DNA of 51,258 nucleotides. It comes from a virus (taxonomy: Duplodnaviria > Caudoviricetes). The position numbers were made by a program, and so were the translations under genes. The notes beneath the pieces are model-generated. The model was not told the origin of the DNA. It did not search any database and was given only the letters and a program-made list of their open reading frames with translations. Below, one piece after another: positions 27,958 to 36,672 of this stretch (positions are counted from its first letter, which is position 1; each line of letters opens with the position of its first letter). Where the stretch lies: positions 1 through 51,258 of the IMG/VR virus record IMGVR_UViG_3300030207_004738; one strand, written 5' to 3'.

Positions 27958-29181
27958 TTATTTGTAAACGCGGTCAACTTTGAAGAAATAATCGAAGAGA
28001 TTATCTGGTGCCTGAAGGCCTCCGATTGCCGTGTAAACAGCCAAGCCTTTTTTAGCCCCTGCATAAATTCCACGGTGGACAGTCGAATTAGATCCCATCA
28101 TCCTGCTTAACTGTTCAAAGCCATGCTCTAAACTAGATTGAGGGATGTTATCAAGAGATTCTTTATCTCCTATAATAACGCAAGCAGCGACGTTGCCTGT
28201 TGCGGCGTCAACGCCTGCTAAAATATTCTTTCGGAGATTATCTCTAACGGCGTAAGAGATTCCTGTCTCTGAGGTGTCCTTAATTGGAGTAGCTCCAAAC
28301 ATTATAATACCGGAAGAAAATATAGTATCTAGATCAGCTTTATCGAAAGTTGTATAGGCAGACTCCTTCGCGGATATTTTGTTAAATAAATGGAATACAG
28401 AGCAAATGCTATTATTAGCCGTGCTCCAAAATTGATTAACGCTTAGCTTGGGGTAAAGCTGTTTAATCTTTTCGTTATCAAGAATAATCAACGGAGAAAC
28501 TACTCCGGCTTTTTGAAGATCAACAACTTTGCTTACAGTCTTCTTAGAGTTCTCTTGTACTTTGACGCCTTCTCCTCTAGTTGGTAACGCGAGTATGCAG
28601 CCTACTTTAGCGTCCGTGTCTTTTGTTTCTTTACCTAAAGACTGATTGAGGTCATGGCAAATTTCTAAAACTCTAGCCACTCCTCCTGCTCCGGTTCCTC
28701 CGCCTGCTCCAGCACAAACTAAAACTCTTTCATAGCCTGTACCAAAAGTCTTTTTAAGAAAATCTAAAATGTCTTCATAGCGAGTACGAAATACTTCATC
28801 AGCGGCGTCTGGGTTTTTTCCTGCTCCTCCATCACCAATTAAAAGCTTGTTTGCATCAGGCATTTTAATCAGAGATAAATCCTGCTGGGCTGTGTTTATT
28901 ACTCCGACACGCCTGTACCCTAAATTCCAGAAAGACTCAGCAAGCCGTGAGCCTCCTTGTCCAACTCCGACTACTGCGAAATTGAATGCTGCATCATCAA
29001 ATGTGTCTGTTACGCCATCTTCTACGGGGTCATCGTCAGGTAGCGGTATATCGGGTAAATCAATACCTAAATCTTCTACTGGTTCTGGTGCGGTAGGCGC
29101 ATCGGTTTGAGCGGCCTCTCCTGCCACTAAGGATTGTGGAACCTCTTCTGGATAATAATCATTTATTCCTGTATCACTCAT
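27958..29181 (-). CDS. tubulin/FtsZ-family GTPase (TubZ/PhuZ/CetZ-like)
   Basis: VGVGQGG, INT, GAGKNP, GAGGGTGAG signature, DNE and DKAD (T7 loop). Confidence 0.9.
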   Translation of the reverse strand: MSDTGINDYYPEEVPQSLVAGEAAQTDAPTAPEPVEDLGIDLPDIPLPDDDPVEDGVTDTFDDAAFNFAVVGVGQGGSRLAESFWNLGYRRVGVINTAQQDLSLIKMPDANKLLIGDGGAGKNPDAADEVFRTRYEDILDFLKKTFGTGYERVLVCAGAGGGTGAGGVARVLEICHDLNQSLGKETKDTDAKVGCILALPTRGEGVKVQENSKKTVSKVVDLQKAGVVSPLIILDNEKIKQLYPKLSVNQFWSTANNSICSVFHLFNKISAKESAYTTFDKADLDTIFSSGIIMFGATPIKDTSETGISYAVRDNLRKNILAGVDAATGNVAACVIIGDKESLDNIPQSSLEHGFEQLSRMMGSNSTVHRGIYAGAKKGLAVYTAIGGLQAPDNLFDYFFKVDRVYK

Positions 29182-29440
29182 CGTCTTCGTATCCTTCCTC
29201 GTCTTCTTTAAATGCTTGATTTAAATTATGGGTAAAACTATCTGAATTCATGTTCTCCATTGCCTCCGACCAATGGCTAACTAAATATTGCAAAGACATT
29301 GCATTTCTTTCATCCTCTGCTTTTGAATATACTTGAGGATTACCATGTTCATCAAAATTGAAAAGCATAAACCCCCCACAAGACCACTCGCTTAACTGAT
29401 CCAATAAAGACTCTGGTATTCTTGTTCCCTGCGTTGTCAT
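29174..29440 (-). CDS. hypothetical protein
   Basis: 88 aa ORF overlapping the tubulin start; preceded by the GTGTAATATTT motif. Confidence 0.7.
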   Translation of the reverse strand: MTTQGTRIPESLLDQLSEWSCGGFMLFNFDEHGNPQVYSKAEDERNAMSLQYLVSHWSEAMENMNSDSFTHNLNQAFKEDEEGYEDDE

Positions 29441-29458
29441 GTTAAATATTACACTATT

Positions 29459-29875
29459 TTAAATGGATACTTCAAATTTATCTAAGATATACTTTCTCGA
29501 TAAAGATGCTAAATCCTCTTCAAATATTTCTAAAATTTTAAAGTTATTGTTTTCTAACCACACTATTTTATCATAATCTCTCGTTATAGATCTCAAATAA
29601 TTAGCACGAGAGTTGTTATGAAAAAACTTATTAAACGATTCGTGTTGCGCCCCTTGGGTCTCAACCGCGATCCTCTTGGTCATATTTATCAAATCTACTT
29701 TCATTCGTGTTCCGTATACTGGGAACTCTTCATAGCATATTTGGCCATACCAAAAGGTTTTGAAAAACTGTTTGACTTCAAACTGTATATTAGATCGACA
29801 TTTACCTTCCCAGTCTACTCTATATTTAGAAACACTTTTATTGACTAATCTTCCTTTTATGTCGTACAGCTTCAC
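29459..29875 (-). CDS. DUF559/Vsr-like PD-(D/E)XK endonuclease
   Basis: EEFPV...VDL...IAVETQGAQH...RD...K..W motifs. Confidence 0.75.
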   Translation of the reverse strand: MKLYDIKGRLVNKSVSKYRVDWEGKCRSNIQFEVKQFFKTFWYGQICYEEFPVYGTRMKVDLINMTKRIAVETQGAQHESFNKFFHNNSRANYLRSITRDYDKIVWLENNNFKILEIFEEDLASLSRKYILDKFEVSI

Positions 29876-30963
29876 TATCTGATCGTCAGGTTATTTCTAA
29901 ATTTATTAAAAAGGAAATTAGTAACGTCTGGATTTTGCTCTAAGTATTTAACAAAGTTATCTTTACCTTGGTGCTTCTGCTCCATTTCGATGCCATTTTC
30001 CTTAAGTTCATTGACAATAGAATCATTGATAATAATCCAAGCTCCTTTACCTTCTAAGAATTCCCACTGAGCCATAAAGCCATACACTTCGTATTCTACC
30101 CAAATACTTTTACCACCAGTCCTGCCGTATTTGATTGGATACCGAACGGTTTCGCCAGTTCTTTCGTTAGCTGTCTTGCGGAAAGTAATTTTGCACATGT
30201 GACCTTCTGGCTTGTCGGCTTTCGCTGGGATCAAGTCTCCGCCGAAACGAGGTTGGAACTCAAGAATCCAATCAGAATAATGCAACAAGGCATTGCCTCC
30301 TGAGGCGTTGGTTAGCTTGGGGTCTGTTTTTTCGTACTGATTTACGCTAACTTTACTCCTGACCTGAGAAATCATAAAACAAATATGACCTTTAGTTGAC
30401 AGGCCGAGAGCCATCTTCTTCAAAAAGGTTGAACTTAGAACTGAACCGCCAGCAACTTTATCAGGGTCATCAAAACCTTTCTCTAAATCCTTCTTGGGAA
30501 CCATCGCATCCATTGAATCAATGATGAAAAAATACCTACAATCTGTAGGGTTGTTCATAATGAGCTCTCTCATTAATTGAAGGACGCTCTCAAAAATATT
30601 ACTTTTATAGACGAACCATTTATCTTCAGATGTGTTTACTCCCGATCTTTCAACCATCTCTGCCGAAAGCCTGCCCTCTGACTTGATGTAAACAACCATA
30701 CCGTTTTCTATGGTATCTTGGAAGTTTCTAGCAAAAGATAACGCGCATGAAGTTTTACCGCCTTCTGACACGCCGGAAGCCCTAAGTATTCCGGGTCTAA
30801 TGCCTCCAGACATTTCAGTATCTAAGAGTAAGCTGCCACTTGAAACCACATAATGAGGCTCTTGCTCGAAATTAAAGTGCTCGTCTTTATGAGCATCCAG
30901 ATAGCTTCTGATCTGGTCTTGTGGGTTGAACTGCTCAGGATTCGTTTTCTTTTTTGCCGCCAT
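29875..30963 (-). CDS. recA: RecA/UvsX-like recombinase
   Basis: SSGSLLLD...GG, GVSEGGKTS, IIDS, ISQVR and SGGNALLHY motifs. Confidence 0.9.
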   Translation of the reverse strand: MAAKKKTNPEQFNPQDQIRSYLDAHKDEHFNFEQEPHYVVSSGSLLLDTEMSGGIRPGILRASGVSEGGKTSCALSFARNFQDTIENGMVVYIKSEGRLSAEMVERSGVNTSEDKWFVYKSNIFESVLQLMRELIMNNPTDCRYFFIIDSMDAMVPKKDLEKGFDDPDKVAGGSVLSSTFLKKMALGLSTKGHICFMISQVRSKVSVNQYEKTDPKLTNASGGNALLHYSDWILEFQPRFGGDLIPAKADKPEGHMCKITFRKTANERTGETVRYPIKYGRTGGKSIWVEYEVYGFMAQWEFLEGKGAWIIINDSIVNELKENGIEMEQKHQGKDNFVKYLEQNPDVTNFLFNKFRNNLTIR

Positions 30964-31315
30964 ATTTAATAAAATCTGTTACGCTTCTTAGTTTTCTTTC
31001 TACCTTTTTATCTTCGCCTTGCTTGGCGTCGTTTAAATCATATTTGGGAGGGGTTTTTAAGTCAAGCTTAAATTTCGCATACTCTATTTCCAAGTAGGTT
31101 TTGCCTTGTGCGCCTATGAACCAAGCTAAACTATCCGTATCGAACTTCGGAGGGAGAGCTTGCCAGAATGCTTTTAAAGGATATTTTTTTATCAAATCCT
31201 TGGTAAATTTCATCTCCCGCGCGATAAAAATTTTATTTTTCCATATCTCTTTACCCAAAAATTTATTAATTATGAATTGGTTTAAAGTCTGCTTACGCTT
31301 TCTTTTAGCCGCCAT
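30935..31315 (-). CDS. hypothetical protein
   Basis: Probable start MAAKRK at 31315, just after a promoter. Confidence 0.65.
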   Translation of the reverse strand: MAAKRKRKQTLNQFIINKFLGKEIWKNKIFIAREMKFTKDLIKKYPLKAFWQALPPKFDTDSLAWFIGAQGKTYLEIEYAKFKLDLKTPPKYDLNDAKQGEDKKVERKLRSVTDFIKYGGKKENES

Positions 31316-31321
31316 AAAAAA

Positions 31322-31353
31322 ATTATTGACCATCCGGGGTGAATGGTCAATAA
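31322..31353 (-). promoter_or_regulatory. sigma70-type promoter embedded in an 11-bp perfect inverted repeat
   Basis: TTGACC-17 nt-AATAAT; inverted repeat TTATTGACCAT (31323-31333) / ATGGTCAATAA (31343-31353). Confidence 0.6.
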
Positions 31354-31361
31354 CTATTTTG

Positions 31362-31539
31362 TTACTTCTCTGTTTGTTTTCACTTTAGCTCAGTAAGGAA
31401 TAGTACCTTCTTTTTCTGCTAGAGTTATACTTTGTGTTTTCTAATACTCAGTAACGAGATAATACGCTCTTTTATTGTATTAGCGGTTTGATTAATCTTC
31501 AGTTCAGTAAGAACCTTTATCTTCTTTTACTACCGAAGT
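31362..31539 (-). ncRNA. three tandem copies of the repeated pseudoknot RNA motif
   Basis: TTACTGA-N13-CAAA three times, period 56-58 nt; P1 pairs CTTCGGT/ACTGAAG, CTAATAC/GTATTAG and CTCTAGC/GCTAAAG (one mismatch); AAAAGA(A)G linkers. Confidence 0.8.
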
Positions 31540-32570
31540 TCTTTAGTTAGTCGAATATCGTTTTCCGTCATTCTAGCAACTAAATCTTTAAATGAATACT
31601 CAGGAGACCAGCCTAACTCTTCTCTTGCTGGGGTAGAATCTCCGTAAAGAAGCTCTACTTCAGCGGGACGATAAAAATCTTTATTTATCACAACTAGTTC
31701 GTCGCCATCAAGAGAGCAAACGTACTTTTCATTTAGTCCCTCTCCTTCCCATCTGCCTTCTATTCCCGCCGCTTCAAAAGATAGTTCAACAAACTCTTTT
31801 ATGCTGTGAGTTTCATTACTTGATAAAATATATTCTTTTGGCTCTTCTTGGTTTAGCATCATCCAAACTCCGCGAACAAAATCTTCAGAGTCAGACCAAT
31901 CCCGCTTAGAATTAACGTTTCCAAGCGGGATCGGATCGAACTCCTTCCCTTGGTCCATTGCCCGAGAAATACGAGCAACTCCCTTGGTAATTTTCCTAGT
32001 CACGAATTCTTCTCCTCTTTTTATCCCTTCGTGATTAAAGAGAATGCTATGAATTGCAAAAAGATCATAAGATTCTCTGTAAACTTTTACTATGTGTCTA
32101 GCGGCAGCTTTAGAAGCTCCGTAAGGGCTGCGTGGTTTTATTGGGTGCTTTATGTCTTGCGGGCTGTAATCAACGTCCCCCATCTCTTCAGAGCTTCCGG
32201 CGCTGTAAAAACGGCAGTCCTTCTTGTATTTTCTAATTGCTTCCAAGCATCTAATTACTCCTAATGTATTTGTGTCAAACACTTGCAGCGGCATATCCCA
32301 ACTGCAACCAACAAAAGAATTAGCCCCAAAATTAATAAAGTAATCAGGCATTATTTGCGTAAATAAATTATTAATTGAAATTTCATCACTCAAATCGCCA
32401 TCGACAAGTTCGAACCTGCTGTCATCCTTGAAATTCTTTATGTTGTCATAGTTAGGCGACCCTGAGCGGCGCATCATGCCGTAAACATAAACATCATCTA
32501 AAGTTAACAAGTACTCGGCCATGTTGGCTCCGTCTTGCCCTAGTATACCTGTTATTAAAACTTTTTTCAT
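31530..32570 (-). CDS. gmd: GDP-mannose 4,6-dehydratase
   Basis: LITGILGQDG, SSEEMG, PRSPYGASK, LFNHE, FVTRKIT, KRDW and FYRPAEV motifs. Confidence 0.93.
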   Translation of the reverse strand: MKKVLITGILGQDGANMAEYLLTLDDVYVYGMMRRSGSPNYDNIKNFKDDSRFELVDGDLSDEISINNLFTQIMPDYFINFGANSFVGCSWDMPLQVFDTNTLGVIRCLEAIRKYKKDCRFYSAGSSEEMGDVDYSPQDIKHPIKPRSPYGASKAAARHIVKVYRESYDLFAIHSILFNHEGIKRGEEFVTRKITKGVARISRAMDQGKEFDPIPLGNVNSKRDWSDSEDFVRGVWMMLNQEEPKEYILSSNETHSIKEFVELSFEAAGIEGRWEGEGLNEKYVCSLDGDELVVINKDFYRPAEVELLYGDSTPAREELGWSPEYSFKDLVARMTENDIRLTKELR

Positions 32571-32596
32571 TGTTTTAGCTTTTTTCCACGACGAAA

Positions 32597-33961
32597 TTAT
32601 CCCCATAGATCTTCTAGCTTTTCTTTACCTGTTTGACAGTTGTCATATTTACCTATTGGAATATACTTTATTTTAGGATGCGTTTCAAAATCTGAACTGA
32701 GACATCTCCAGAAATCTACAACTTTAACTTCTTGTTTATTTAAAAGTAATTGTTCGGGGGTAAGTTTTTTGAATATCTCATCGTTGTTAGCAATAAAAAC
32801 TATAGTAGCGTCTTTGAGCGCGTTTTCTAAATTATCCTCAACTAGCGTGTGGTACTGCAGTACGGGCCTAGCCTCATCAGCGGCTAGCGGGTCATAACCA
32901 ATAACTCTAAGTCCTGCGTCGGACAAAGCTTTGGCTAATAGTATGGATTGGGATTCTTCTACTATGTGGGAAAGGGGCTTATAAGCTAAACCGAGAACTG
33001 CTGCGGTTTCTCCTTTTTTTACATAGGGTAATATTTTCTTAACAAATCTATCGGACAGCGTATCATTGTACTGGTCTGTAGTGTCTAATAGTGAATGGCT
33101 AGAATTTAACTCACTACAAATAAAGGAAAGGGCAACGTTGTCTCGTGGAAAACACGTCCCTCCGAATCCTAATCCTCCTTTTAGATATTTTGACCCTATC
33201 CTTGAATCGCTGCCTATGGCCTGAGTAACTATGTCTACGTCGCCAGACGGGACTTTTTCGCAAAGCTCAGAAATAACATTAGCAAAAGATATCTTCATAG
33301 TAATATAACTGTTCAATGCTATCTTTGCTATTTCAGCGTTCTCTATAGACATTCTTCGCATTGCGGGTTCTTTTAGAGTCATGCGAGTATATATATCTTC
33401 GAGTATAGATCCTGATTTCTCGTCAAATTCTCCAATAAAATTAAAATCCGGGTTTAGAAAATCTTTTATAATGGTTCCAATTGCTATAAGCGCTGGACTA
33501 TAACATACCCCAAAGTCTTTCCCGCATTTTTTACCTGACTCTTTTTCTAAAACTGGAATTAGTCCGTGTCTCATTGATCCCGGAAGAACAGTGCTAGTTA
33601 AAACCACTAAATGGTAGCCTTGTTTATTTCTTAAGGCTCTGCCTATATTTTTAAAAGCGTGAGCGACATACTGAATCTCAAAAGCTCCTCTAGAATCGCT
33701 TGGCGTCGGCACTATTACAAAACTAACTTCTGAGGAGTTTATCGCGTCTTGAACATTCTCGGTCGCTCTGATTAAATTTTTGTTAGCCTTGATTAGTTCG
33801 TCGAGGCCGGTCTCTTGAACCGGAGCATCTCCTTTATTCAGCGAAGCTACCGATTTAGATAATACATCGACACCTATTATATTGAATCCTCTGCTAGCCA
33901 AGCATGCAACCATGCTGGCTCCTAGTTTACCTAGTCCAAAAACGCTAATATCCTTTATCAT
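32597..33961 (-). CDS. UDP-glucose/GDP-mannose dehydrogenase family protein
   Basis: GLGKLG, VPTP, STVLPG, KISFAN, GFGGTCFPRD and LGLAYKP motifs. Confidence 0.92.
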   Translation of the reverse strand: MIKDISVFGLGKLGASMVACLASRGFNIIGVDVLSKSVASLNKGDAPVQETGLDELIKANKNLIRATENVQDAINSSEVSFVIVPTPSDSRGAFEIQYVAHAFKNIGRALRNKQGYHLVVLTSTVLPGSMRHGLIPVLEKESGKKCGKDFGVCYSPALIAIGTIIKDFLNPDFNFIGEFDEKSGSILEDIYTRMTLKEPAMRRMSIENAEIAKIALNSYITMKISFANVISELCEKVPSGDVDIVTQAIGSDSRIGSKYLKGGLGFGGTCFPRDNVALSFICSELNSSHSLLDTTDQYNDTLSDRFVKKILPYVKKGETAAVLGLAYKPLSHIVEESQSILLAKALSDAGLRVIGYDPLAADEARPVLQYHTLVEDNLENALKDATIVFIANNDEIFKKLTPEQLLLNKQEVKVVDFWRCLSSDFETHPKIKYIPIGKYDNCQTGKEKLEDLWG

Positions 33962-34731
33962 TGCTTGAATAGTGGTATAGGGTTCATTTTATGTTTATTT
34001 TTAGTATTGAACTCTCGATAAATCCTTAAAACTATTTTTTTCCTATCAGATAAGTCGCTTTCCTTTCCTGTAAACGTCATGGCCCATTCGAGCTCATCGT
34101 AACTAGCGCCGATTTGATCTTCGTCTGTTCTGTCATCTTCCCATAAACCATCTGTCGGCGCGGCTTCAATAATGTCAGAATTTATCCCAAGAGTTTTGCC
34201 TAGTTCTCTAACTTGAGATTTATACAGGTCAGCAATAGGTGATATATCTACTCCTCCATCTCCGTACTTGGTGTAAAATCCCACACCGAAATCTTCTACC
34301 TTGTTCCCTGTGCCCACCACTAAGCCTCTCAGTGAGGTGGCTATTTGGTAAAGAGTAACCATTCTGAGCCGAGATCTGGAATTAGCTAGGGCAAGGTTAA
34401 TATCTAAGTCTTGACTGTATTCAATTAAACAATTGTCATATACAGTAGTTTTAAATTGGTCATATACTTGAGACAGGTCTAGCTCTTTGGACTCCACATT
34501 GGAGAATGTAGATTTCAACCAATCAATATGTTTATTGGCCCTAGTCAATTGGTTGCTTTCTTGGTGAATAGGTAAGCTAACGACTAATGTCGGCTTGCCT
34601 GTAAGAGCGCAAAGAGTAGAAGTGACAGCAGAATCTACGCCTCCCGAAACGCCTATGACAAAATATTCAAGGCTGCACTTTTCAATATAATCCTTAAGCC
34701 AGTTCGTTATACGTTTATCTAAGTTATTCAT
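33958..34731 (-). CDS. nadE: NH3-dependent NAD+ synthetase
   Basis: GVSGGVDS, NSRSRLRM, GTGNKVE, GFYTKYGDG, DLYK, APTDGL and DEDQIG motifs. Confidence 0.93.
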   Translation of the reverse strand: MNNLDKRITNWLKDYIEKCSLEYFVIGVSGGVDSAVTSTLCALTGKPTLVVSLPIHQESNQLTRANKHIDWLKSTFSNVESKELDLSQVYDQFKTTVYDNCLIEYSQDLDINLALANSRSRLRMVTLYQIATSLRGLVVGTGNKVEDFGVGFYTKYGDGGVDISPIADLYKSQVRELGKTLGINSDIIEAAPTDGLWEDDRTDEDQIGASYDELEWAMTFTGKESDLSDRKKIVLRIYREFNTKNKHKMNPIPLFKQ

Positions 34732-34741
34732 TTTTTAATTA

Positions 34742-35863
34742 TTAGGTTATCTCTACTTTGATAAAATCTTTATCAGGCCTGTCTGTTAGCACTAAAGCGT
34801 AACCGTACCCTCCAGCGCCCATTAGCTTGGTGCCAAAATGATTTAACTTTAAATGTTTTAAAACATTATAGGCATAATCACTCTCGTAGCCCGGAATCAT
34901 ATTTTTTTGAGCTTCATGAGTTTCGTTTAGGAGCTTGGCAAGATTAATTATATCTTTGTTTTGTATAGCTCTCCAAACTTTCAACCCAAGATCAGAAAGC
35001 TTTTTAACATTGTTCTCGGTGAAATCTTCTCTGCCGTCGAAAACATCATAACCATCCGGACGCGGCTTTGTTTGTTTCAGGTAAGTATATTTGCTCAACC
35101 ATTTTCTTACGTCTACAGGGGTCTCCTCGACAAGACTAGGAAAGTATTCGTTTTTAAAATGCAGCCGATTTATACCCGGTAAACAAATACCTAGTTGGTC
35201 GACTACTCCAGAGATATATTTTCTATCAGGTGGGTTCTCTACGGCAAAAACAATTTTAGCTAATTCTATTGGTGCTAAATGCTTTGGTAAGCATGGACCA
35301 AAAATCTTATTTATAACTTTTGTAGTGGAGGAAGAAAGGCCCGAGCGCTCCTCTGCTTGAATAGGTTTTATGTTGGCTAATATTACGGATCCCGGGTAGA
35401 CTGAATTTAACAATTTTTGATCAAAAAAGCCAACTATGTCTAATCTTTGGGGGATAAGATTTATTTGCTCTTTTATAGAAGTACTTGAATTATGTCTGAG
35501 TCCATTTAAGGGCTCTCTTTTTAACACTATGTACTCTACTCCTTTCGACTCGCATAACTTTTGTTTTTCTTTTGTATGTCCGTCTTCGTTAACTATAAAT
35601 ATGTCGTGGGCCTCAAGGAAGTCGGCGAAATTTAACGGGGTGCAGTCTTCGGGCGAGAATACTTTCGACACGAACTTTAAGGAAGAAAGTATATAGCATC
35701 TTTCTTTTTGGGTGTATATTGGTCGCTTGCCTTTATTAATTAATGAATTTTCGTCGGAGCCAACTACAACACTTAAGTTGCCAAAAGACGATGCTTCCTC
35801 TAAAAAACGGGCATGGCCACTGTGAAAAAGGTCAAAAAAACCAGCTGCAAGAACTTTCTTCAT
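34742..35863 (-). CDS. fusion of an HxGH nucleotidyltransferase with a GHMP-family sugar kinase
   Basis: GFFDLFHSGH...ER...SSTSIK (cytidylyltransferase-like); SGLSSS, GVVDQ and KLMGAGGYG (GHMP kinase). Confidence 0.8.
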   Translation of the reverse strand: MKKVLAAGFFDLFHSGHARFLEEASSFGNLSVVVGSDENSLINKGKRPIYTQKERCYILSSLKFVSKVFSPEDCTPLNFADFLEAHDIFIVNEDGHTKEKQKLCESKGVEYIVLKREPLNGLRHNSSTSIKEQINLIPQRLDIVGFFDQKLLNSVYPGSVILANIKPIQAEERSGLSSSTTKVINKIFGPCLPKHLAPIELAKIVFAVENPPDRKYISGVVDQLGICLPGINRLHFKNEYFPSLVEETPVDVRKWLSKYTYLKQTKPRPDGYDVFDGREDFTENNVKKLSDLGLKVWRAIQNKDIINLAKLLNETHEAQKNMIPGYESDYAYNVLKHLKLNHFGTKLMGAGGYGYALVLTDRPDKDFIKVEIT

Positions 35864-36672
35864 ACGTTTATTATTTTTTTAATTCCTATCTCTATATCTG
35901 TTTTGGGTTGCCAGTATTTAAGTATAGCTTTATCTGGTTCGTTTCTAATACCCATTTGAACTGAGTCTAAGTTTTCAGAAGCGTTAACTGGACAGTTTTT
36001 AAAGTGAGATGCAATGACATTCGCTACGTGTAAGATTTTAGTCCACTTGAAGCTTGTTACGTGAAGGTCTTCATCTCTTGGTATTTCATCGTACAACTTT
36101 GATAAGTTGTATAAGCACTCACTACAATCTTCTGAGTAAAGAAACTGTCTTTCTTCTTCTCCAGAGGTAAGCATATTTATTTGATTTTCGTTTCGCGCTT
36201 TGTTTATAAAATCCGTAATGACATGGAACTTTTCACTATCGTGCTCTAAGCCATATACATTCCAAAATTTAACTATTAAACCATTTAAACTTTTTGTAAA
36301 AGCTTCTCCTATGGACTTGCAAGAACCGTAAGGAGAAAAACCCATGCTAGACATTTGAGAAGACGCGTAAATGAAAGGTTTCTTATGTTTACTGAGTTGC
36401 CTAAAAGAATAAAGCTGCAGTGCAGTGTTGTTGTCTATAAATTCGAAATTGTGTTGATACTTATTTAAATAGCGTGAGCCTCCAACATCGAAAGCCAAAA
36501 AGAAAACAAAATCAGAAATTTCTATAGCGTGATTTACCGCTCCTTCTACCCTTAGGTCCTGATGGCAGCCATTAGCTAAATCAAATTCTAAAACGTTCTC
36601 CCCCTTATTTTTTAAAAAATCTAACAAAGAGCAGCCGACTTGTCCTGATGATCCTAGTACTAAGTAATTCAT
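35860..36672 (-). CDS. NAD-dependent epimerase/dehydratase
   Basis: LGSSGQVG, YASS, YGSCK, NVYG and RQFLY motifs. Confidence 0.85.
   Translation of the reverse strand: MNYLVLGSSGQVGCSLLDFLKNKGENVLEFDLANGCHQDLRVEGAVNHAIEISDFVFFLAFDVGGSRYLNKYQHNFEFIDNNTALQLYSFRQLSKHKKPFIYASSQMSSMGFSPYGSCKSIGEAFTKSLNGLIVKFWNVYGLEHDSEKFHVITDFINKARNENQINMLTSGEEERQFLYSEDCSECLYNLSKLYDEIPRDEDLHVTSFKWTKILHVANVIASHFKNCPVNASENLDSVQMGIRNEPDKAILKYWQPKTDIEIGIKKIINV

Noticed and set aside
31362-31539. Tandem motif as a hammerhead, TIGR array or type III antitoxin repeat
   Set aside because: No CUGAnGA/GAAA core; no CCA-N9-UG spacer pairs or Nop-domain gene; the A-rich tract lies inside the pseudoknot rather than between units, and no ToxN-like gene is adjacent. 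A decoy role is not formally excluded.
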